This document shows, one piece after another, positions 53,396 through 64,000 of a stretch of DNA of 64,000 nucleotides; the first letter of the stretch is position 1, and the number at the start of each line of letters is the position of its first letter. The stretch comes from Penicillus capitatus. Its lineage: Eukaryota; Plantae; Chlorophyta. The position numbers were made by a program, and so were the translations under genes. The stretch covers positions 124,001 to 188,000 of the forward strand of contig OZ287706.1 in NCBI GenBank assembly GCA_965649825.1. The letters are read 5' to 3'. The notes under the pieces were generated by a model. That model was not told the DNA's origin. It was given only the letters and a program-made list of their open reading frames with translations, and made no database searches.

Positions 53396-54589
53396 CGACG
53401 GATACGCCAACAGTCGTGGGGTCACGTTGATTCTGAAGCGCAGGCGGTCGGTCCGTCCTCTTCAATGAAATGTCTTTGTGCTGTTAAGATGCTTTGCCGG
53501 ACCGCGGTTAGCGTGATTTCCTAAACGGTTATCCGCGAACATCTGTTGAATATGACTGCTCTGATAAGAAGGACAGGACAGGGGAGCGAAGCACTTAGTA
53601 GAATGTATGTGACGATTTCGCTGCCGGTTTCATTTTTTAATGTTATTACTTTACAGCTTGCCGTTCAGTTGATGACCCAAACCTCAAGCTTTTCTATGCA
53701 CAAAGCCCCTGCTGCGAGGCGGTAAGAATAACACATGACCTGATGTGCAAAATTCTTCTAGAACTCACAGATCTGCGTAGTTGTCAAGGTGAAGAGGTTT
53801 TTTAGAGATTCCAAAAAGAATGCGCTGCCGGCATACTCGTTTTCAAAGACGACGGAATCTCACAATGAAAAGCAATGAGAAATCTCGGTCGCGATTCCCA
53901 CCAACTGCGATGCACACCTCTGCCTCCCAAAACGGATTCATGGACTTTGAAACAAAACACAAGCGCTTCCAGTCCAGTGGTTGACGGACATTCCTCATCG
54001 CAGAGCATTTCATGCATCAAGACGGTACTGACCCCCGGGACATGCGTCCATCGCAGTGATCCACAATAGCGACGGCATAGATGGACTGAGAGACAATCAG
54101 ACGTAAGAGGAGACTCACAGGCACTAGAAAAATGGACTGAGTCACATAGACAGGCAGAATACCAAAAACAGATGTAACCTATGCGAAACCACCAGCCAGC
54201 ATACACATTCAGGTCACCTCATAAAGCTCGACCAGAATTCTATTCCACGAGCGCAGCGATTGAGAAACAATAAGTCAAATTCATGCAGCTACAGCTAAAC
54301 TAACTGAGCCGGCCTCGACCGTGATGCACAGCATAGATCATAAGCATGCAGATTCAGAGACGTGATGCACTGCCCTGTGTGAAAGGATATCACAAAACCA
54401 TTCGCCAAAAAGCACATTCCAGACGGCAGCGGCAACCAATAACGGTGCAGTACATCTCCGTCCTGGATTGCCACATGATAAACACGTCTCTTCATATGTG
54501 TTAAGAAATCCAATGGTGAATAGAAGGAAAGATATCATTGCGTTTGCTTTTGATAAGATATTTCGGGGATTCTTCGCTGAAAGTAATTC

Positions 54590-55723
54590 TCAAGCAACCG
54601 GGGCAAATTTTGTATCTTGTCCTCCGATTTTCAACGAAAGGATATTCGAAGCGTAATTTGTTCTGAAAGCAGCAAACCAAGGATGCTGAAGGACCTCCTT
54701 GGCAGAAAGACGCTTCGTTTTATCACGGACGAGCAGTTTATTGATGAGATCTTTCGCTTCATCAGAAATGTGTTGCCATGCCTCCCCATCGAAAGAGAAG
54801 CCAACGTGTGGACCCATATCACGCACGTTACCGCGCCTGTCGCACTGAACGAAAGGAATCTCTCCACTCAACATCTGGAACATCATCACGGCGGCGGACC
54901 ACACATCCGACTCGACGCCATAGTTACGCACATGCACTTCAGGTGCCATGTACAGGGGCGTGCCTGTTTTGACTCGAAATCGAAGTCCAGGGACTACTTT
55001 CTGACAGCATCCAAAATCAACAGCCTTTGCGATGCAGGGCGTTCCGCTCTCTACTGGACTTGTCAGCATAAAATTCGCTGGCTTAATGTCTCCATAGCAT
55101 ACACCACGAGCATGTGTATGCGTCAAGAAAGTGAAGACTTGATACATAAACTGAGCGGTTTGTGCTTCGGACAGTGCCCCTGCTCTCTCCAAATTCTCAG
55201 CCAAAGAGCCACCGGACAGGCAATCCATCACGACATATACGTTGTCCTGGTCTTCATAGGCACCAACGAGACGGACGGCGAATGGACATGTCTGAGATTC
55301 CGCAAGAAATGTTGCCTCCGCTTTCATGCGCTTAACGGCGGCGGCATTGTTTTTGCCTTGAGCTTTTTTGGACATGATCTTGACAGCAAATGTCTTGCCC
55401 GTTTTCTTGCACCGTGCCTGTTTAACGATGCCTTGCTGTCCTTCGCCCAGCGTCGCCCCGAGGTCATACTTCTCTGTCAAATCACTCCCCCATGCCAACG
55501 TCTTCTCAATAACTTCCGTCTTCTGCAATGTTTTCAACCCCGTGGCGACCGCACAGATGACAGGCGAGGACGTGGTGCGACGTGGTTTCTGAATGGATAG
55601 GGCATTACGTCCGAGTCCGCGAGGTACGCGCGTGTAACGGGAACACGCCAGCGACGGCTTCACTTCAGCACTTTTCGATGTGAGGCTATTGTTGCTTGAG
55701 AGCACCAACGCGGATAAATTCAT
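54590..55723 (-). CDS. Intronless CDPK/CAMK-like Ser/Thr kinase without EF-hands, with a possible plastid transit peptide
   Basis: LGEGQQG, AVKIMSK, catalytic loop YGDIKPANF, DFG, GTPLYMAPE and DVWS. First ATG is at 55723 (the ORF track starts at a GTG). Confidence 0.9.
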   Translation of the reverse strand: MNLSALVLSSNNSLTSKSAEVKPSLACSRYTRVPRGLGRNALSIQKPRRTTSSPVICAVATGLKTLQKTEVIEKTLAWGSDLTEKYDLGATLGEGQQGIVKQARCKKTGKTFAVKIMSKKAQGKNNAAAVKRMKAEATFLAESQTCPFAVRLVGAYEDQDNVYVVMDCLSGGSLAENLERAGALSEAQTAQFMYQVFTFLTHTHARGVCYGDIKPANFMLTSPVESGTPCIAKAVDFGCCQKVVPGLRFRVKTGTPLYMAPEVHVRNYGVESDVWSAAVMMFQMLSGEIPFVQCDRRGNVRDMGPHVGFSFDGEAWQHISDEAKDLINKLLVRDKTKRLSAKEVLQHPWFAAFRTNYASNILSLKIGGQDTKFAPVA

Positions 55724-55974
55724 ATCGCACCAAAATTTCACGCAAAGCCAGAAAACGTTGAATCAAAACGTTCTTTAGGTCAAGTGAACGAACGTCGACT
55801 GACTTTACACGCTCAAAACTGCGGATGAAAGAGAACAGAGTTGCTTTGGAAGATCCGTTTCTGAATTTGTTCGGTTATGAGGAGGTACCGCAGCGCAGCC
55901 GACCGAGGGTTACGTCTGACACGGACATGCGTCATCCTGTCGGCACAAACGAAAGGCCCACATAGATCGCCCCT

Positions 55975-57565
55975 ATGCCGCTTTTGGCCTCGAAAACCAT
56001 TTCGACCGTCCATTCAGCTCGACCCCATGTTGCGGCGTGCCGAGTAAAGGGTCCGAAAGAGAGAAGCCCGCGGTTCACGCATCGGAGAGGTGCTGCTGTG
56101 CGTCACGTCAAGGCGGCCGCGGTCGCGAGTGATGTGAATTGGGATGTTGTGGCGAAGGAGCTGGGAAATGCCTCGCCCTTGATCATCATGGATCATGTCT
56201 GTCACTGGCATCTCACTCTTTACATCACTCTTGTCGACAGGCATTGGAAACGTTTGGGAAAGATGTGGGTATTGCATTCAGTGGTGCTGAGGATGTGGCA
56301 TTGGTGGAGTATGCGCATCTGACGGGTCGTCCTTTTCGCGTTTTCTCGTTCGTTCATGGCTTTTCTCACTGGATCACTCAATCTCACTCTTTTCTAGATT
56401 GGACACAGGGAGACTCAATGCAGAAACGTATGCTCTTTTTGACAAGGTGGAGAAGCATTACGGTATTCACATTGAATACACCTTCCCGGAAACCAAAGAA
56501 GTCATCGATCTCGTGCGCGAGAAAGGTACCGCCGCCGATCGTCACCGTCCGGCATGATGTGACGTGACGTGCTAGGGATGTTTTCTTTCTATGAGGATGG
56601 CCATCAAGAATGCTGTCGTGTTCGCAAAGTCCGTCCCCTTCGTCGTCAGCTGTCGGGACTGAAGGCGTGGATCACGGGACAACGCAAAGATCAAAGTCCA
56701 GGGACTCGATCCGAAGTCCCAGTGGTTCAGACAGATCCTGTCTTCGAAGGTCTATCATCTCACACATGTGTACGTCCCAACAAAAAGAGTGAGATCAGGA
56801 GAGGGTGGTGGGCCTGGCAGTCTCATCAAGTACAATCCACTGTCCAATATCTCTTCGGAGGAGGTCTGGAATTTTTTGCGCGTGATGAACGTGCCTGTCA
56901 ATGCTTTGCACCAACAAGGTTACGTATCCATCGGATGCGAGCCATGCACCCGTCCCGTTCTTCCAAATCAGCACGAGCGAGAAGGAAGATGGTGGTGGGA
57001 AGACGCAGCCGGCAAAGAGTGTGGTCTGCATTCTGGAAACATCAAAGCAGTGGGCGAAGCGATCGCCGAAGGCTCAGAGGAGACGTTGCGTGATCTATGG
57101 CCAGAAGCAAACGTCAAAGTAAAGATACCAGCTCGTTCCTGCTAAAGAGACCTCTCGTGATGATGTGACATCTCTGCCAGGCGCTGACGAAGGAGGAGGT
57201 GTATGACGGTATCCAGGGCAACAGTGCCCAGAACATGATCGTCTGTCTCTACGCTCCATGGTGTCCTTACAGTCAAGTGCGGACTTCGGTCACACCAAGC
57301 TTTTGTGTGAGATATGATGACGTGGTAGGCTATGGAGGGTGCCTATGCTGAGCTCGCTGAGATGCTAGAGGGGACACCGACGGTCGTGGCGAAACATCAG
57401 GCAGATCTGGACAAAGACTATTCTCAGAAGAATCTGGGATTAACAACTTTTCCAACAATTGTTTTTATTCGAGCCAATACGAAGGGAATGATTAAGTATC
57501 CTTCCGAGAGAAGAGGTGCCGAAACACTGAAGATGTGGATCAAGACAGTTGGTGGTGGGTTGTGA
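55975..57565 (+). CDS. APR: Plastid adenosine 5'-phosphosulfate reductase with C-terminal thioredoxin-like domain
   Basis: [51 protein letters not shown]...KECGLH and YAPWCPYSQ. Confidence 0.95.
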
Positions 57566-57650
57566 GATTCGGCTGTGCATACAGCGAGGCATTTTTGATA
57601 AGATCGGCAAAGGCGATCTTTGCACGAAATCTTTCGCGTTTGCGTGTGTC

Positions 57651-58719
57651 TCAAACTGCCCGCCTCCAGTGCAGACTAAAAAAGTGTGAGACAGCGAGAA
57701 AAGAGTGAGAAAGGACGCACGTGAGGTTGCAACTCCGGCCGTCCGTTCGGTAGACATACATTCGAACAGTCAGCTCTTGCTCGTTATCCAAAAACTCAAA
57801 CGTCTCGACGAGCCCTCCAGCACACGGTTCCGGCCAATAAAGCCTAAGGTCACACAAAAGTGTGACCATGGCATACATATCGATAAACATACTTATTGAT
57901 ATATCCCACGGGCGTCAAGAAGGTCTTGGCAAAGAGGGACCCGTGTCGCATGTCCCGACGCTTGAGGATCACTTGTCTGCCTAAAGTGTGATACAAAGGA
58001 CAGCGCCAGAGAAAAAGAGTGAGATACGATTACCTGTAAGATCGAAGACTTCGTCCATCTCTGCCAGATCTGGGAGCTGTTCGTGCTGATGGAGCATCTG
58101 ATCCTCCACGTGAATCTACCGACAGAAGAGATCACTCTTTTGGGTGATGTGACACATGAGTGAGACAAACGTCTATGATAAGTGATTTATTGAGCTCCTC
58201 GAGGAGGCTCTTATCGAATTCAAGCAGCTCACACATCGTGGCAAAGGAATCGCTGCGAGAGGCATCGAGCGTCCACCGTCCGCTCATGCGCTTCAGTCTC
58301 TGGATATCTGTGCGAAATTGGAGGTCATCCTGTTCTTTGACTGGGCAGGACACGGGAGAGGTTGAGATCGGCAGAGGCGCCGGCGGAATAGCGATGTCGG
58401 CAGAAAGTCGACGCGGCACATAGACTTCGCGTGTCTCTGCCTCCGATCTGTCGAAACGCACAAGATCGATCGTGCCGTTGCGCAATCGACGAGGAGATGC
58501 CAACGACCTGTTCTGCGTTTCTGACTTGTCTTTCCAAACAACGCACGAGAACATACGTGCCAAGCCACGGATACCGATCCGACGTCTCTTCTTGACGGGC
58601 CGCCTGTCGCACCGTGATCGTCCTACCAGACGAGACGGCAAAGAGGACACACGTGGAGTGCATTTCTGGCCAATAGTTGTCGGCGAGATCCAAGGAAGAC
58701 GGCGTTCCGGTGTCCGCAT
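57651..58719 (-). CDS. Hypothetical protein, possibly lipocalin/FABP-like beta-barrel; start 58719 or 58554
   Basis: MSGRWTLDASRSDSFATMCELLEF resembles the FABP GxW-L--S-NF start. Exons splice in frame to ETFEFLDNEQELTVRMYVY...TLHWRRAV, stop at 57651. Confidence 0.5.
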
Positions 58720-59047
58720 GACAGTAAGTACTGCTGCCACACGTGCTGCACTGAGATGAAGGCGAGAGTGGCGCGTCGAGTGTCGCGCATCTCTGTCGGC
58801 GAATCTCGCTCGACAGAGCACAATGGCGACCAACATCCACACGCAACTCGTGCATTTGTGAGGTAGACTGCTTGTCTTATATACAGAGACACGTCCTGAG
58901 CGTAGCTTCGTTTTATGGACAAGAAAAGAAACTATAAACAAATCAGAGGCGTGCAAGAGTGCCGAAGTCCGAGGCATCTCCCTCGGATGCTGTTTAAATG
59001 ACACATCTCCAGTGTACGACCGTTCATTGACTGTCCTTGCTATCGAG

Positions 59048-60738
59048 ATGGGCGCCGAGCAGTCTCAGTCTACTGCCGTTCCCGAAGAGAAAAGCGTTTC
59101 CGATGTGACGGTCGGGTCTCCGAGTGCCTTAGTCCTCTGTGGTCCTTCTGGCGTTGGCAAGGGGACGCTTATCGAACTGCTGCTCGAAGATTGCGAAGGC
59201 TTCGCCTTCAGTGTCAGTCATACGACTCGCGAAGCAAGAAGCCACGAAGAAGTCAATAGGGCCGTTGATGGATACCGTGGCAGTCAAGGGGCTGTGTAGG
59301 ATGGCGTGCAATACCACTTTGTGAATCGAGAGACTTTTGAGAGGGGTATCGAAGAGGGTGCATTTCTGGAGTATGCCAAAGTACACGATCACTATTATGG
59401 CAGCTCCCGTGCTGCGGTGGAGGAAGTCTTGGCCTCCAAAATGTGTTGTATATTGGATATTGACGTCCAGGTAGAATGTGTGAGAAATGTGTGACTTTGT
59501 AATGGGATGTTTTGCTGTCAGGGAGCACGACAGATTCGCAAAAGTAATATCCGTGCGGTGTTCGTCTTCATCTCTCCGCCTTCGGAGGAGGAACTTGAGA
59601 AACGGCTGAGGGGACGCGGAACGGAGAGCGAGCAGCAGATCCATCTGCGCCTCAAAACCGCCCGACAAGAAATCGAAAGGTATCCAATCTACATCACTCT
59701 TTTATTCAAGATCTCACTCTTTCTGCAGTATGCGCGAGCCAGGACTCTTTGATTTCTGCATTGTCAATGGCGATCTATCGCAATCGTATGCCGAGTTGAG
59801 AATGATTGCATTGAAAGCCAAGAACGGGCAACTGCCCGAGGCAGCAGAGAACGGAATGCTCTCGCCGACAAAGAGCGAGAAAGCGATGGAGATGCATCCG
59901 TCTGGCATGCGATCGTGGCAGGACAAGATTGCTCTCGTGACGGAGACAAGCTCCACATTGGGTTTCAGTATCTGTGCTGTCCTCTCGAAGGCGGGTATGC
60001 GTCTGATCGCGGTCGGTCGGAGCCGGGAAGGTCTGGAGAAGCTGCAGGAGAATCTGACACAGACGGGGCACAATATCCTTGCACATAACTTCCTGCCCGT
60101 CGTGTGTGACATGGCGAAAGAAGGAGAGGTGCTCAGTCTGCGAAAGATTGCACAGAAGCGATGGCCTCAAGCATCTTCCGTGAACGTTCTGGTGAACATT
60201 GCCAGTCTCACACAATTTCTTCTGCGTCACATCCGTGATGTTTGACCATTTCTGCTGTTAGACTGCATCCGTGAGAATGCTGGATTGGTTGGAGGGACGA
60301 CGGCAGCTTGGGTTGACATGCTGAGCTCTAATGTTTTAGCCAGTCTTATGTGCAGCCGGGAGGTCATTAAGGTCGAGAGATCGTGTGTCGAAAGAGTGAT
60401 GGTGTGGAAATGATGTGACAGGATATGAAAGATCTCGACGATGTGAGCTACATCATGAACATCTGCATCCCCGATGCGCACAGCCCTGTCGAATCGCTTC
60501 CTTTGTTCAAAGCAGCCTCCCGTGCAGTACAGTCCATTTCAGCCGATCTCAGAAACGAGGTATGGCCTATTTGCTATTCCCTCTTGCCTTAGAGATATGA
60601 CGACAGGTCTATGAACACGGCTATGGAGTGCATGTCTTAACAGTTACAAGTGACAGGGCTGTGGAGAGTGAGAAAGTGGCAGAAGTGGTTATGTCTGTTC
60701 TGGCATCGCATACCGATGTCGAACACATCCAGCTGTGA
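59048..60738 (+). CDS. GUK: Guanylate kinase fused to a degenerate SDR (DHRS11-like) domain
   Basis: MGAEQS N-terminus, P-loop GPSGVGKGT, SVSHTTR, YHFV, FLEYAKVH..YYG and LDIDVQG. Exon 59729-60210 carries the GK end and the SDR start (KIALVTETSSTLG) in one uninterrupted frame. Ends HTDVEHIQL, stop at 60738. Confidence 0.88.
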
Positions 60739-61066
60739 TTTCTAGATAAGGGGTGCGTCTCATGATACCTGTGTCGAAACGCTGATTGCACAAAGTATGC
60801 GATGTGACAAGACTGAAGTCTATACAGAAAATGCAAGAACAAACGGGAATAACTGCCCTTCTCCCAGTACATATTCCGTGTGTCACCCGTCCAATGAGAT
60901 CGCTCTATCCCAAGGACTGCTGTCTTCACGATCGGACAACCCACTGCGTCCATAGACCGCCGGCAGTTCGCAGAGAATCACTGCGATGGTGGTGGCAGTT
61001 AAGTATGAGCGAACACGGCTTGTGTCGTGCATTCAGTATAGAGGGAGCTTTCTCGAAAAGCGGTAT

Positions 61067-62170
61067 TCACACAGCGTCCACTCTCGTCTTGAACGTCAGT
61101 TTCAGAATGGCGCGCCTTCCGTTGGAGATATCTTCGTTTCGCCAAACGATCTCTGCCACGAATCGATCGTCCAATCGGACCAAATCGATGAACGACTGCA
61201 GACTTCCCCCGACACCAAAGTAGTAGATTTTGCTTGCGATGAAAACGACCCCTTGCGGCCGGAGAACCTGAGAAAGCAGAAGAAGTGGTTGCTGTAGAGA
61301 GGGATGGCGCAAATGGACTTCAGCAATGCTGTCGAGGATGGAAGCATATGTCTCACAGCGGTAAAGAATCTCCGAGGCGATGATGCGATCGTAGAGCCGT
61401 CCTTGATGACCACAAAGCGCCGCCACACTTTTGAATTCTCCGCCGAAAAAACGGACCGCCTCGGCAGGAATATCGAAATCCTTCAGAGCCAGATTGACAT
61501 TGAACATCGTCAAATGTTTCAGGACTTCGATATTGAAATCCTGAAGACGCTAGATCGATGGCGGCAGATGCGAAGGGAATAAGCACCTGAAAATCGACAC
61601 ACAGGCCAAACTGCAGACAGACAATTCCAGGCAGACCATGTCCGCAGCCCATCTCCAGAACAGACATACCCTGTACAGATACTGAGCACACGCAGAAGGG
61701 AAGACACATCCTACCCGGGCGATGCCATGAGGCGACGGATGCTGCGCCTGGGCGACTAAGAAGTGGCACAGATCCATGGCCCCCTCCCAAAGCTTGAATC
61801 CACCCTCGTACTCTCCAGGAATCAAATCAGAAGATTTCAGATCGTTTCTTTGCATGGCTTTGGCAGTGATCGATGCTGACAACGTGCCCTGGACACCTTG
61901 TCTTTACACCATAGGGCAGCATTGTCCATACAGACCTTTTGTAAACGCAGAGACTCGGTCAGAGTCACGACATCCACTTCGCCATCAAAGACCTCTAGCG
62001 AAGGAGGTTGTCACGGTGGGTGTCGTAAGAGGGGGCCGACCTGGTGAGACGGCGACAAAAGGCAGCTCTGTGGCTTCGTGCTGATGAGATCCGACGGTCG
62101 GTTCGTCGAGTGCGTCTGAGGGGATGGTCGTTTCTTTCTTCGAGGCGAAGTCGAATCGAAATGTCGCCAT
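61067..62170 (-). CDS. METTL18: Histidine protein methyltransferase (METTL18/Hpm1-like)
   Basis: DLIPGEYEGGFKLWEGAMDL, SAM motif VLEMGCGHGLPG, FQDFN, YDRIIASEILY and KIYYFGVGGS. Confidence 0.88.
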
Positions 62171-62238
62171 GCTCGATCGCAGATGACGCATCCCGTCTTT
62201 TCATTGCAAATCGCGCACGTGTGATCGGCGTTTTGCTC

Positions 62239-64000
62239 ATGGACGCCGCACTCCATGCAACGTCTGCAGCGGGAAACGCGCCGTCGGACGTGTGGATCCC
62301 GAGTGTGGATCGGTTCAAGAGAGCACTGCAGAAATGCACGACAGTGCGCCATGCCTCACACGACAGGTCCCGTGTCGACATGTGCATCGAATGCAATGCA
62401 CGGCAACGGGCAGGACTTTGCACGAGATCGTCCTGGACGCACGAACCTACGACGTTCGCTCGCTTAAGTACGCCAGAGAGCTCGGTCTCTTAAACGCCGC
62501 GTCTTCAACGGTGAGCCTGGCTAAGGACGAAAGGAGAGCGGCATTTCGGTGTGTCTGTATGGTGTCAGGTTCGGCAGCGGGGAAAGACATCGACAATATC
62601 GGCGTCGGAGAGAGACGAGGAGAGACGAGATCCATTCGAGAGCGTCCAAACGGGCGATAACGTCGTGGAGTTCTACGCTCGTTACGGTCAGGACAGTCCA
62701 GTCAAGTTCTTCTACTGCAACCGGTATGCTCGCGCCCTTTACGCCCTGCTCACCCGACAGTACTGAATGGACGAAGGGCCGATACCTCTGTCTCTTATCT
62801 GCCGTATGATCTGGTTGTGGTGCCGAAGGAACGGCGTTCGAGATCTGAGTACTTTACTGTATCGGCCACCGGTGTTATGCGCATCCATAAAAGCAAGAAG
62901 TGATCGGGTAAAGCTGAGAGAAGCATGTATGGTCTGTAGATGTGCATGCGGAGTTCACTCCTTTGTCCGACTGGGTGCACGAGAAGATTATGTTTCGCCT
63001 GTTGAAGCATCTGAAGTTCTATCGATTTTTCTTCGAAATGGGGAGCTTTGTTCGATGGCGTAAGGTATGGGTTGCAGGACGCGAGTGTTCTGGGTATGGC
63101 GGCGCTGTGGCCAGACCGTCCGGCGCATCAAACTCGGCCGTCTGCGAAGTCTCGTCGAGCGTCAGTTGTTTCTGACGATGAAGACGTTTTCCAAGCCCCT
63201 GATGGAACTGCATGCGATGACGCAGCGAGTCGAGGCCTTAGAGTTCTGTCGTATGACGCCGCATCACACTTACGTCATCGATGAGTTCAAAGAGCTGCAA
63301 CGGACGACACGTGAGGAGAGCACCAAACCAAAAATCGGCGAAATCGCCGATACAGCCCAAGCGGTCAGGCACAAGACAGTTCTGCACGCCATGGCCAACG
63401 ACGCGTTATTAGGCATTGGAAGATCTCTGTGTGGCGGTCGAGACGCAGGCACAACGGCACCGCGATTCGATCCGTGACGAATCGGAGCTGCTCGATCAGA
63501 CAGGTAGGCGATCATGCACGCTGTCCGGTCTCGCGCTAGACGTCGGTACGGTGTTAAGGGGTGGAGCTCGTTCCGGGTCAGAGCGCGTCGAAACGAGAGA
63601 GCATGCGAGCGATTCGATTGAAGAAGCGACAGCGAGGGCGGGACTATCGCAGGGCAATGCGCGAAGAGAAGCTTCTCGGGAGATTCGTTCGTCTCGTCGA
63701 TATCATGCTCACCGAAAGTACGCATCGTCCTTTGAGTGTGTCCTTGCTGGTACTGTCTGCGGGTTCAGAGTTGCTGGAGAAGAGCGAGGCGTCGTTGTCT
63801 TTTCTCCTCGAGCAATTGACACCGTCGTCTGCCGTTTCTCCGACGGGAAAAGTGTCGAGAGGCGTCATACAGACGTCGATTCGTTTTGACCAAGGGAAGA
63901 CGCTGTTCTCTCCAGATCATGCTTCGGTCCAGACGGTCATCAACGAGCAGGTTTTCGAAGGAATGGCATCCGTTCTGCAGCAGGTCAGCACGAGATGTCA
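62239..64000 (+). CDS. Axonemal inner-arm dynein heavy chain, N-terminal part (truncated by the window end)
   Basis: Exons FFYCNR, RPYDLVVVP...EYFTVSATGVMRI and EFTPLSDWVHEKIMFRLLKHLKFYRFF..FVRWR resemble single-headed (DNAH6/DNAH1-type) dynein N-termini. The motor domain is not in the window. Confidence 0.68.

Noticed and set aside
53500-53745. C/D-box-like words (TGATGA...CTGA) suggesting snoRNAs
   Set aside because: No terminal stems and no rRNA-complementary guide that I could recognise.
54617-55600. 327-aa plus-strand ORF
   Set aside because: Antisense shadow of the kinase; no domain signature.
60621-60953. 110-aa minus-strand ORF
   Set aside because: Antisense to the last GUK-SDR exon and its 3' UTR; no motifs.

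Overview
Nuclear DNA of a compact, intron-rich chlorophyte green alga. It uses the standard code, has mostly 30-75 nt introns, and carries LHCII, PGRL1, APS reductase and an axonemal dynein; the species cannot be determined from the sequence. Exons were stitched by eye, so internal boundaries are approximate. About 22 multi-exon genes lie in two densely packed core blocks. Block 1 (1-6.1 kb): SDR, PP2C, mitochondrial HSP60. Block 2 (20.4-64 kb): GS-like, VPS41, cyclin T, NAF1, eIF3b, a 14.5-kb VPS13, LHCBM, PGRL1, FG-GAP/NERD1-like, a Cys-rich secreted protein, a kinase, APR, a guanylate kinase-SDR fusion, METTL18 and a dynein heavy chain. Between them is an AT-richer accessory island (about 6.5-20.3 kb). 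It holds an NLR-like STAND gene (unknown helical N-terminus, NACHT, six near-identical 111-bp HEAT repeats with variable positions), LINE and LTR-like debris, and an H-type lectin. The NLR is interrupted a few codons after its Walker A motif by a 163-bp TG...CA element with a perfect CGCGC target-site duplication; removing it restores the reading frame. Most notable points: this candidate algal immune locus, a recurrent orientation-independent intronic motif (TCTCACTCTT/GATGTGAC) that in two cases forms perfect hairpins over splice sites, a putatively myristoylated guanylate kinase fused to a degenerate SDR, and extremely short intergenic spacers. No rRNA, tRNA or CRISPR array could be supported.
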